Shown one piece after another: positions 8,490 to 15,938 of a stretch of 57,909 bases of DNA. Numbering within the stretch: the first letter of the stretch is position 1; each line of letters starts with the position of its first letter. Under the pieces are notes generated by a model. It worked only from the letters and a program-made list of their open reading frames with translations. It was not told the origin of the DNA and made no database searches. The DNA is from a virus, in IMG/VR virus record IMGVR_UViG_3300045988_069295, positions 1 through 57,909 of that record, one strand, 5' to 3'. Both the position numbers and the translations under genes were made by a program.

Positions 8490-8771
8490 TTACGATTTAA
8501 GTGTTGGAAACATGATAGGAGCGCTGACTTCTTCCTTTTCCCTGAGAATGTCGAGCAAACAATCATTGTATCCCATTGAATAGCTGTCCTCGCAAAAATG
8601 TTGTACGGACGTTGCTAGCGCTACACTTACAACCTCTCTTGACCGCTTATCCTCTGGCATGATGATTTCTAATGTCTGATTAAGGATTTCATGGCTTTTT
8701 TCTAAAACGGCTTTGTGCTCTTCATTCTCAGCTTGTAGCCGAAACATTTCTTCCGAGTAGTCCATCAGCAC
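8490..8771 (-). CDS. hypothetical protein
   Basis: 93-aa ORF overlapping the end of the Rha-like gene. Confidence 0.5.
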   Translation of the reverse strand: MLMDYSEEMFRLQAENEEHKAVLEKSHEILNQTLEIIMPEDKRSREVVSVALATSVQHFCEDSYSMGYNDCLLDILREKEEVSAPIMFPTLKS

Positions 8772-9541
8772 GTCTCCATTCTAATCTGCTCGCCAACAGG
8801 CAGATAGCCCGCTTCTTTGAGCTTGCTGTAAATGAACTTCTGACCGGCTCTTGTCCAGCGAGTGACCTCTTTCGTCTTGCCGTTCGGCAGCTCGATCGGG
8901 TGGCCGACAACATATCCGTTGCCAAGATACTTCTGGTAAGGAATCCACTGTTTGTTTACAGTATGTTGGATGCCAAGCCCTCTAAGAATCTGGTTTAGCT
9001 TTCGTGCGCTCATGCCGTAGTTCATGGCAATCTGCGTGGTAGTCAGGCTTTCATCGGAAAGCAGCATAGCCTTTGCGTAGTCAGAATCAGGCTTCATCTT
9101 GGCATTTTCTGCTTCCAGAGCCTTTACCTTCTTGCGCTCCGTGTCTATAACACTGTTGGCAGCAATCAGAGCGCGGCTCAATAGCATCTCTGTGGATTCA
9201 GGCTCTGGGTTGGTGAGCTTCTGCTCCATCTGATTGAAAGCATCAATGTACTTGAGTTTCCATTCAAGGGCTTCCTTGCCAGTGAATCCCATAGCAAGGA
9301 GCGTAAACCCATCGCGATTCATCAGATACTCAGGTAGCACTTTGTTTTGGACTGAAAGGTACTCCGATTTGAAGAACATAGAGGACAGTCCAATTTTGGG
9401 CTCTCCTCCCATCAGGTTTTCGATGTCGCGAAGAACGTGCTTGTGCTCTTTTCCAAAATTCTCTGCTACTTCACGACTGGAAACGACAACCTGTCCGTTC
9501 TCGCTGATAAGATTGATAGCATATTTAACCTTTTGTTCCAT
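8765..9541 (-). CDS. Rha-type regulatory / antirepressor protein with a KilA-C-type C-terminus
   Basis: MEQKVKYAINLISENGQVVVSSREVAENFGKEHKHVLRDIENL at the N-terminus and ...TTTQIAMNYGMSARKLNQILRGLGIQ... at the C-terminus. AGGAG RBS before ATG 9541. Confidence 0.7.
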   Translation of the reverse strand: MEQKVKYAINLISENGQVVVSSREVAENFGKEHKHVLRDIENLMGGEPKIGLSSMFFKSEYLSVQNKVLPEYLMNRDGFTLLAMGFTGKEALEWKLKYIDAFNQMEQKLTNPEPESTEMLLSRALIAANSVIDTERKKVKALEAENAKMKPDSDYAKAMLLSDESLTTTQIAMNYGMSARKLNQILRGLGIQHTVNKQWIPYQKYLGNGYVVGHPIELPNGKTKEVTRWTRAGQKFIYSKLKEAGYLPVGEQIRMETC

Positions 9542-9658
9542 AAAAACTCCTATGGTTCTTGCGGAACAAGCCAATTCCTGCTATAATAAGGCTGGAACAG
9601 CTTGTTCCAGTGGTTTTGATGATACGTTCGCTGTGGTCGCCAAACTTTAGCGAGCGTA

Positions 9659-9835
9659 TCATTTTTCGTTTTCATTGGTCTCCGGGATTGGATGCACTTC
9701 AAAGAACGTGTCACGGATGGCTGCTGCCTGTGCGACCTTGTGTTCGGTGCAATAGGCTTTCAGCCACTGGAACTGCCGTTCGGTCAGTGCAACAGTGAAC
9801 GTGTGATTGTGCCGTTCGAGATAAGGACTGTACAT
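9659..9835 (-). CDS. hypothetical small protein
   Basis: Start moved to ATG 9835 (MYSPYLE...), preceded by GGGAGGTG. Confidence 0.5.
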   Translation of the reverse strand: MYSPYLERHNHTFTVALTERQFQWLKAYCTEHKVAQAAAIRDTFFEVHPIPETNENEK

Positions 9836-9855
9836 AAACTCACCTCCCTTCATGT

Positions 9856-9884
9856 AAGTGCAACCAGTATATGCAATATGTTGT
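9856..9884 (-). promoter_or_regulatory. sigma-70-type promoter
   Basis: On the - strand: TTGATA, a 17-nt spacer, then TATACT, upstream of 9835. Confidence 0.6.
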
Positions 9885-9962
9885 GGTTTATCAATTACGC
9901 AAACGCTTAATGTAGTACTGGTATCTGTACAAAATCCAAAAGTTTGTAGACTTGCACAAAAT

Positions 9963-10121
9963 TTAACTGTTGTTTTTGGCTGCTCCGGCTTCGTACCCTG
10001 CCCGGTAGTTCAGTTCGGACAGCTTACCCAGCGCTTCTGCGTACTCCCTATCCTCGCTAGTCGGCTCTTTGCCGTGTGCAAGGGTTTTCAGAAATTCTTC
10101 GGTTGTCGTGGGAAATTTCAT
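9963..10121 (-). CDS. hypothetical 52-aa protein
   Basis: MKFPTTTEEFLKTLAHGKEP...; AGGAG RBS; below the ORF-track cutoff. Confidence 0.45.
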   Translation of the reverse strand: MKFPTTTEEFLKTLAHGKEPTSEDREYAEALGKLSELNYRAGYEAGAAKNNS

Positions 10122-10384
10122 GTTTTTTGCTCCTTTCTATTGCAGAAGCGGTCTGCTTCTGCTATAATAATTGACAGAAACCGAGACTGCGCCCTTGGTT
10201 GCGCAGCTTCTGTTTTGTGGTGGAATAGGTCATCAGTGCAACTTTGGTCGGTGGTGCTGATGGCCTATTTTTTATGCCACAAAGGATAAATCTGCCGTTG
10301 CTGGCTGATTCATCGTGTGTTCTGCTGTCTTAGATTATAGACGCTTGGTATATAGTTGTCAACAGCCCAATTTGTATAATTTGT

Positions 10385-10463
10385 ATCAGATATTTCTGAT
10401 TTTTACGCATTCTAACGTAAATTTACGTTATTTGATAGTGCTTTTGTAAACAAATTAGTTTAC
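10385..10463. promoter_or_regulatory. Three dyad-symmetric sites about 30 bp apart (res-like candidates)
   Basis: ATCAGA-N4-TCTGAT at 10385..10400; an 18-bp perfect palindrome TAACGTAAATTTACGTTA at 10413..10430; GTAAAC-N6-GTTTAC at 10446..10463. Confidence 0.45.
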
Positions 10464-10585
10464 TTTAATGGCAGTTGTCTGAAGTGTATTTTTCGATAAT
10501 TCGTAAGGCACTAACAAGAATATACAATGCGTAAAGCTATAAAAAAGTTTACCGGAAATCTTCCAACCTAGTGATAATAAAAAAC

Positions 10586-10625
10586 ATAAGAATGTGTTGA
10601 CATTAACATGAGAATGTGTTATAAT
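10586..10625 (+). promoter_or_regulatory. Consensus sigma-70 promoter with two AGAATGTGTT operator half-sites
   Basis: TTGACA at 10597..10602, a 17-nt spacer, TATAAT at 10620..10625. AAGAATGTGTT overlaps the -35 and GAGAATGTGTT fills the spacer. Confidence 0.8.
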
Positions 10626-10651
10626 CAAATCGAAAGAGAGGTTTGGTGAAA

Positions 10652-10945
10652 ATGGCAGAGAAGAAAAAGGGCGGCGCTACCAAAAATAAAGTCAATTCCG
10701 GGGACATTCTTCGCTCCGTTATGAAAATCAGAGGATATACTTCTGCATCTCTTGCAAGGCAAATGAAATATGAAGTTTCTTCTTATGTGACAAACCGTGT
10801 TAATGCGGATGATTTGAAGCTGTCCACAATGGCGATGCTTTTGGAAGAAATGAAATACCAAATCGTGATTCAGCCTATTGGTGCTGATGTTGCGTCGGAT
10901 GAGTTTGTTCTTAAAGTTCTTGAAAGAGACGGTGATTCTGAATGA
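10652..10945 (+). CDS. small HTH-like regulator
   Basis: [23 protein letters not shown]-like segment; ATGA overlap with the recombinase gene. Confidence 0.55.
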   Translation: MAEKKKGGATKNKVNSGDILRSVMKIRGYTSASLARQMKYEVSSYVTNRVNADDLKLSTMAMLLEEMKYQIVIQPIGADVASDEFVLKVLERDGDSE

Positions 10946-11517
10946 TTTACGGTTACGCTCGTGTCAGTTCTGCTGGACAGGCGATTGACGGCAACAGTCT
11001 TGAAGCCCAGTCTGAACTTCTGAAAGCTAACGGCGCGCAGAAAATCTTTTCGGATGTTTATACCGGCACGAAGCTGCATCGACCGGAACTTGACAAGCTG
11101 ATGGCTGAAATCCAGCCGGGAGACACGCTGATGGTGGCAAAGCTTGACCGTATTGCTCGTTCCGTGAAGGGCGGCATTGAAATTATTGACAGCTTGCTTG
11201 CAAAAGACGTGTCCGTGAACATTCTTAACATGGGCGTGATGAACAATACACCTACTGGTAAGCTGATTCGCACGGTGATGCTTGCATTTGCCGAGTTTGA
11301 GCGCGACATGATTGTTGAGCGTACCAAAGAGGGCAAGAAGATTGCCGGTCAGCGCCCTGATTACAGGGAAGGCCGCAAGCCCACTGAGTATGACCGTAAC
11401 CTCTTTGACATTCTCCATGAGCAGGTTGAGAAGCGCATTCTCACGGTCACGGACGCTGCCAAGCAACTTGGCGTGACCCGCCAGACATGGTATCGGATTT
11501 CTGAACAGAACAGGTGA
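10942..11517 (+). CDS. small serine recombinase (resolvase/invertase family)
   Basis: [13 protein letters not shown] catalytic-Ser motif, LDRIARS, and a C-terminal [23 protein letters not shown]; 191 aa. Confidence 0.9.
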   Translation: MIYGYARVSSAGQAIDGNSLEAQSELLKANGAQKIFSDVYTGTKLHRPELDKLMAEIQPGDTLMVAKLDRIARSVKGGIEIIDSLLAKDVSVNILNMGVMNNTPTGKLIRTVMLAFAEFERDMIVERTKEGKKIAGQRPDYREGRKPTEYDRNLFDILHEQVEKRILTVTDAAKQLGVTRQTWYRISEQNR

Positions 11518-11521
11518 AAGT

Positions 11522-11913
11522 ATGGCTAGAAAACTTTACGCAGTAACGAGTGGTGGAGAGGACGAATATCATATCATATCATCACTCTGACCAAAAGCCG
11601 AAAACGTGCAGAGAAAATTGCAGAGATGTACGGCGCTAGAGTTGAAGCATACGTTGACAGTGAGCCGGTAGAAGCATTCAGACGGAAACCAGAAAAGGGC
11701 GAAGAACCAGAACGGACGTGGCTTGTAAAGCGTGAGGGCGGTAAAATTTACGTTATTCCTGAAAGCAACAAGACCAGAGCAAGCAGCGTATTGTTTGGAT
11801 GCCGAATCTTTATCAAAGCACCAGCCATAGAAGAAGCTATGAAGATTGCGGTGTCTATGTTTGCAGATTATGACCTGAGAAGGTCGAAAGGAGCGGCTTA
11901 TGGACAATTTTAA
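11522..11913 (+). pseudogene. ORF split by a frameshift at a (TATCA)3 repeat
   Basis: ATG 11522 has a good AGGTGA RBS but stops at 11588..11590. The downstream frame (ORF track 11626..11913) is open back through the repeat at 11567..11581. Removing one 5-nt unit fuses the two frames. Confidence 0.5.
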
Positions 11914-12217
11914 TGCAATTTACAAGATTCTCAAACTGCTGGATAAGCACAAGGGCGATGAAGAATTTGACTATGAGCTTATCTCTGCAAAAGCAATGAA
12001 GATGAAGGTCTCTGATTGGGAGCAGATTATGATTGAACTGCAAATGAACGGTTTCATTCGCGGTCTGGTCTACACGCAAGACCTGACGAACAAGTTCCCG
12101 CATATTGTAGAGCCGATTCACCCGCAGATTACCTTGAAAGGCATGGAGTATCTCTCCGAAAACAGCATAATGAAGAAGGTAGAAAAAGGGTTAGAAACGG
12201 TCGGGCAGTTCTTTTAA
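11900..12217 (+). CDS. YjcQ-like winged-helix protein
   Basis: MDNFNAIYKILKLLDK...MNGFIRGL...ITLKGMEYLSENS; AGGAG RBS. Confidence 0.5.
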   Translation: MDNFNAIYKILKLLDKHKGDEEFDYELISAKAMKMKVSDWEQIMIELQMNGFIRGLVYTQDLTNKFPHIVEPIHPQITLKGMEYLSENSIMKKVEKGLETVGQFF

Positions 12218-12284
12218 TTGATTTTGAGAAATAAAGTTTCTGAAATCGCATTATAAAACCGAATATTTGATTTTTGTGCAGTTG

Positions 12285-12327
12285 TAGGCACTCTTTACAT
12301 TTTCAGGTAGGGGGTGCCTATTTTTTT
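12285..12327 (+). terminator. intrinsic terminator-like hairpin plus T7 ending 1 nt before the terL ATG
   Basis: TAGGCAC (12285..12291) pairs with GTGCCTA (12314..12320), extendable with G-U pairs, followed by TTTTTTT at 12321..12327. Confidence 0.65.
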
Positions 12328-14997
12328 ATGCAACCAAAGCAGTGTATCGCCATCATTGACAGCATCAAAGCGTATGCAAAACAGAATCCGACCGAAGCAC
12401 AGGTCTATGAGGACTGGTTTCAGGCGGTGGTGAACCTGAGAGATGCCCTGTCACAGGACAAGCGATTCGACGCCTACAAGTACTCTGGTGAGCTGCGCTC
12501 TATCTGTGCAGCCATGATGGGCAAGATGAAAACAGGCGAGGACGTGGCGAAGGTCTATGACATTATCGGTCGGACGTACCTGTTTGAAGCAAAGGATGTG
12601 TTCGACAGCTATTGCATCTACCTTGAATGGAATCGTGCGCCGGAAAAGAAGTTCTATCAGCCGAGACGCAGGGTTCTGAAAGTGCTGGCGGACGACCTTG
12701 AGGACTTGTTTTATAAGCGGATTGACTTCTTGGGAGTTAGTCTACCTGCTCGCGTTGGCAAGGCTTTGAGTGATGATACGCCGATTTTAACGAGAAGTGG
12801 CTGGAAGAATCACGGCGATTTGCAGGTCGGCGATGAAGTTATCAGCCCGAAAGGTCAGTTTGTAAAAGTGCTGGCCGTTTCGCCTAAGTGCCAGCTTGAT
12901 GTGCGTTGCCATTTCTCTGACGGCACATACATTGACTGCCACGAAAACCACGAGTGGCCGGTCTTTAACCGCCATAAGAACGGATTTGATGTTGTCGAAA
13001 CTAAGCGGATGATGGAGGATTATGTTGCCGACACAAAGGACGGTATAAGATTCTGCTATCAGGTTCCGTTCAAAAATTTTGTCGAGGGAGAATATAAGAA
13101 ACTGCCTGTTGAGCCGTACACATTGGGCGCATGGCTTGGCGATGGTCGCAATCAGCACCCGGATATTTGTGAACCTCCTTGTGATCGAGTGATTGTCGAG
13201 CGCGTCATTAACGATGGATACCCGGTTAGTTGGCATACGGTTCACAAGGACACCGGTGTTGAGTACTACGGATTCTCTGGTTTGCGACAAGCACTTCAAA
13301 AAGGCGATATGTGCCATAGTCATCGCCGCTGCGTGAAGCATATCCCAGAAGAATACTTTACAGCCAGCATTGCACAGCGTATGGAATTGCTTGCTGGTCT
13401 GCTCGATACAGACGGTACGTTACGGGCAAAAGAGCATCGGTACGCTTTTTCTACCACAGAGCCGCAAATGAGAGATGATTTTGTCACGCTGGTTTCTACC
13501 TTTGGATGGAGATGTAGCGTGGTGGAATATCCACCTCGTGTATCGTCTAGTGGCATTAAAGGTAATCTGACAGTCTATTCCATCTCTTTTAATCCTACCT
13601 GCCCCATTCCTTGTGTTGTTCCTCGCAAGCAGTTAAAGGAGTTCTCTAAACCTCGCCGTGTGGCGTTCTGTGGATTTGAGCACATCGAGCCGAAGCAGGG
13701 CAATTGCATTCAGGTTGAGGGTGGCGTGTACTGTGCCGGGAATCGTCTGATTCCTACTCACAACAGCACCCTGTGTATCTTTTTCATCACATGGCTGATG
13801 GGCAACCGCCCGGACGTTGCATCGGTTATGAGCGGACACTCCGACAAGCTGACGAATGGATTCTATGGCGAAGTGCTGTCTATCATCACTGACCCTGTGA
13901 CCTACAACTGGGGCAAAATCTTCCCTGACGTTCAGCTTGTGGACAAGAGCGCAAAGGACGAAAGCGTTGACCTGAACCGAAAGAAGCGTTTCCCCACCCT
14001 GACTTGCCGCTCAATCGGCGGCACGTTGACTGGTGCTGTTGAAATCGGCGAGGGCGGCGTTCTGTACAGCGATGACTTGATCGAGGACTTGGAGGAAAGC
14101 CTGAACGTTGAGCGTCTGAACAACAAGTATGATGCCTACCTAAACCAGCTGAAAGACCGTAAAAAGCAGGGCGCATTGGAGCTGATGGTCGGTACACGCT
14201 GGAACGTGCTTGACCCTCTGGGACGCATCCAGAACCAGTATGCAGACAATCCAAAGTACAGATTTCGGGTGATTCCCGCTGTGGACGAGAACGGACACAG
14301 CAATTTCAATTATGACTACGGCGTGGGATTTGACGATGCCTACTATGCCGATATGAAAGCAAGCATTGACGATGCAACATGGTGGGCAAAGTACATGGGT
14401 AAGCCCTATGTGCGTGAAGGTCTACTGTTCCCTGCCGATGAACTGCGATATTACAACGGCGTTCTGCCTGATGGCGAGCCTGATCGCAAGCTCATGGTCA
14501 TGGATATTGCATGGGGCGGCGGTGACTTCACCGCCTGTCCTATCGCTTATGTGTACGGCGATGCCGTGTTCATCCCTGACCTTGTGTTCAATAACGGCGA
14601 CAAGACCGTGACCAGACCGGAAGTCGTGGGCAAAATCATCCAGCACAAAATCAATGTGGTGCGCGGAGAAGCCAACAACGGCGGTGATGAATATTGCGAT
14701 GTGGTAGACAGCCAACTCCGGCAGCAGGGATACCACTGTTCTGTCCGCAGCCAGCGTGCGCCCAGCGGTCAAAGCAAGCTATCCAGAATCATCCAGTATG
14801 CGCCGGACATCAAGCGGTTCTACTTCCTTGACGAGAAGCACCAGTCGAAAGAGTACAAGGCGTTCATGGAGCAGGTGACGATGTTCACGCAGCTTGGTAA
14901 AGTTCCGCACGATGATGCACCGGATAGTCTGGCACAACTTTCCGATGAATTGTACAACGGAATCAGTAAAATTGAGCCTGTCAAGAGGCCTTTTTGA
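12328..14997 (+). CDS. terL: terminase large subunit, interrupted by an intein
   Basis: P-loop LPARVGK | intein | STL, with a nuclease-type C-terminal half. It directly precedes the portal region. ATG 12328 is preferred over the TTG 12274 extension. Confidence 0.9.
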   Translation: MQPKQCIAIIDSIKAYAKQNPTEAQVYEDWFQAVVNLRDALSQDKRFDAYKYSGELRSICAAMMGKMKTGEDVAKVYDIIGRTYLFEAKDVFDSYCIYLEWNRAPEKKFYQPRRRVLKVLADDLEDLFYKRIDFLGVSLPARVGKALSDDTPILTRSGWKNHGDLQVGDEVISPKGQFVKVLAVSPKCQLDVRCHFSDGTYIDCHENHEWPVFNRHKNGFDVVETKRMMEDYVADTKDGIRFCYQVPFKNFVEGEYKKLPVEPYTLGAWLGDGRNQHPDICEPPCDRVIVERVINDGYPVSWHTVHKDTGVEYYGFSGLRQALQKGDMCHSHRRCVKHIPEEYFTASIAQRMELLAGLLDTDGTLRAKEHRYAFSTTEPQMRDDFVTLVSTFGWRCSVVEYPPRVSSSGIKGNLTVYSISFNPTCPIPCVVPRKQLKEFSKPRRVAFCGFEHIEPKQGNCIQVEGGVYCAGNRLIPTHNSTLCIFFITWLMGNRPDVASVMSGHSDKLTNGFYGEVLSIITDPVTYNWGKIFPDVQLVDKSAKDESVDLNRKKRFPTLTCRSIGGTLTGAVEIGEGGVLYSDDLIEDLEESLNVERLNNKYDAYLNQLKDRKKQGALELMVGTRWNVLDPLGRIQNQYADNPKYRFRVIPAVDENGHSNFNYDYGVGFDDAYYADMKASIDDATWWAKYMGKPYVREGLLFPADELRYYNGVLPDGEPDRKLMVMDIAWGGGDFTACPIAYVYGDAVFIPDLVFNNGDKTVTRPEVVGKIIQHKINVVRGEANNGGDEYCDVVDSQLRQQGYHCSVRSQRAPSGQSKLSRIIQYAPDIKRFYFLDEKHQSKEYKAFMEQVTMFTQLGKVPHDDAPDSLAQLSDELYNGISKIEPVKRPF
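12763..13764 (+). mobile_element. 334-aa intein with a LAGLIDADG homing-endonuclease domain, inserted after the Walker A lysine
   Basis: Block A ALSDDTPILT (Ala1); block B ...HENHEW; LGAWLGDGR and LLAGLLDTDG; block F GNCIQVE (Cys at the usual Asp position); block G LIPTHN followed by Ser(+1). Confidence 0.85.
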
Positions 14998-15164
14998 GAA
15001 AAGTGTCATATATAGCAGTGCTTGGAAACAAAAATTTGATTTTGGGTTGCATTTTGGCTTAAAATATAAATAGGAAGATTTGCAGCTTCCTCTATGTATT
15101 GCATTGACGTGGTTTTAGTCATTTTTACTCGTCAGTTTGTTGCATTACACTCCTTTCTCACTCA

Positions 15165-15194
15165 CCCGCGACAGCTGCCTTTCTCTGTCGCGGG
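15165..15194 (+). terminator. perfect 10-bp hairpin downstream of terL (terminator or processing site)
   Basis: CCCGCGACAG / CTGTCGCGGG with a 10-nt loop; the downstream sequence is only moderately T-rich. Confidence 0.35.
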
Positions 15195-15202
15195 GATTAT
15201 AT

Positions 15203-15279
15203 GTTGCGTTTTCGAGTGGACGAAACGTTGTTTGTACTCCCCCAACTGACACGAAGCGGTTCAAACCCGCTACGCAGCA
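15203..15279 (+). tRNA. tRNA-like element with an aberrant anticodon arm (possibly a degenerate tRNA-Thr(UGU))
   Basis: Acceptor GTTGCGT/ACGCAGC, a perfect T arm AGCGG-TTCAAAC-CCGCT and a GG-containing D loop. The anticodon stem GTTG/CAAC encloses 12 nt (TTTGTAC plus TCCCC). Confidence 0.3.
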
Positions 15280-15411
15280 CAACGATTCTCTTGCTTTGCG
15301 TGGATATATTCTCCTGATAATACCTCTGCCGTTATTCCTGGCTCTCAATGTAATGTCTTTAGATTTTTCACATTGCAAAGAGCAATGGCTCCAATTAAGC
15401 CAGGTTTTTAT

Positions 15412-15489
15412 GTTGCATTAGCTCAGTATGGCTAGAGCATCCGGCTCATAACCGGACATACATTGGTTCAAATCCATTATGCAGCACCA
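15412..15489 (+). tRNA. tRNA with a CAU anticodon (Met, or Ile2 if lysidine-modified), CCA encoded
   Basis: Manual cloverleaf: acceptor GTTGCAT/ATGCAGC, D stem GCTC/GAGC, anticodon stem TCCGG/CCGGA with loop CTCATAA, and T loop TTCAAAT (one U-U mismatch in the T stem). Confidence 0.8.
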
Positions 15490-15657
15490 AAATTGCAGCT
15501 TCCCGTTTTACGTCTGTCCGACAGCAGAATGAAACAGCTGCAATGGTTTTCTTCGGGCGAAGAATAGCACGGCTGGAAGTGCGAACAGTTTCCCAGTAGC
15601 TTCTGACAGGTCTGTGCTCAACAGCCTGTTTCCAGGAATATAACGAAAGGAGCGCAG

Positions 15658-15846
15658 ATGAAAGTAAAAGTTAGGTGTAAACATCCTCAAAAAGACGCAA
15701 ACGGCAATCCGTGTGATTGCGGACGTTATCTTGGCGAAGTGGAAGGCAAGTTCTCTCTTCTGTGCCCCCTTTGCCATTGGATTACAATTGGAGATTCCAA
15801 TCTTCCAAAAGAAACGTGGGTCTCCGTGCCGAAGTTCAAGAACTGA
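15658..15846 (+). CDS. small Cys-rich Zn-ribbon protein (Com-like pattern)
   Basis: VRCKH...CDCGRYL...LLCPLCH; AGGAG RBS. Confidence 0.45.
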   Translation: MKVKVRCKHPQKDANGNPCDCGRYLGEVEGKFSLLCPLCHWITIGDSNLPKETWVSVPKFKN

Positions 15847-15938
15847 ATAGCTTTTGAAGCGCAGTTGTAAGCGCAGTGAGATAGACCTTAACAGGTTTGT
15901 CTTGCTGCGCTTTTTATTTTGCCGGAAAGGAGGAACGC

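Noticed and set aside
10942-11517. Serine recombinase as a chromosomal integrase
   Set aside because: At 191 aa it has the size of a resolvase or invertase. It lacks the large C-terminal domain of serine integrases, and no attP-like core could be identified.
12274-12327. TTG 12274 as the terL start
   Set aside because: The extension consists of the terminator hairpin and its T-run and has no RBS. ATG 12328 is more plausible, although its SD is distant.
15138-15164. A third tRNA fragment starting at TGTTGCATTA (15138)
   Set aside because: Only the first 10 nt match the 5' end of the tRNA. No D, anticodon or T arm follows, so it is probably a duplication scar.
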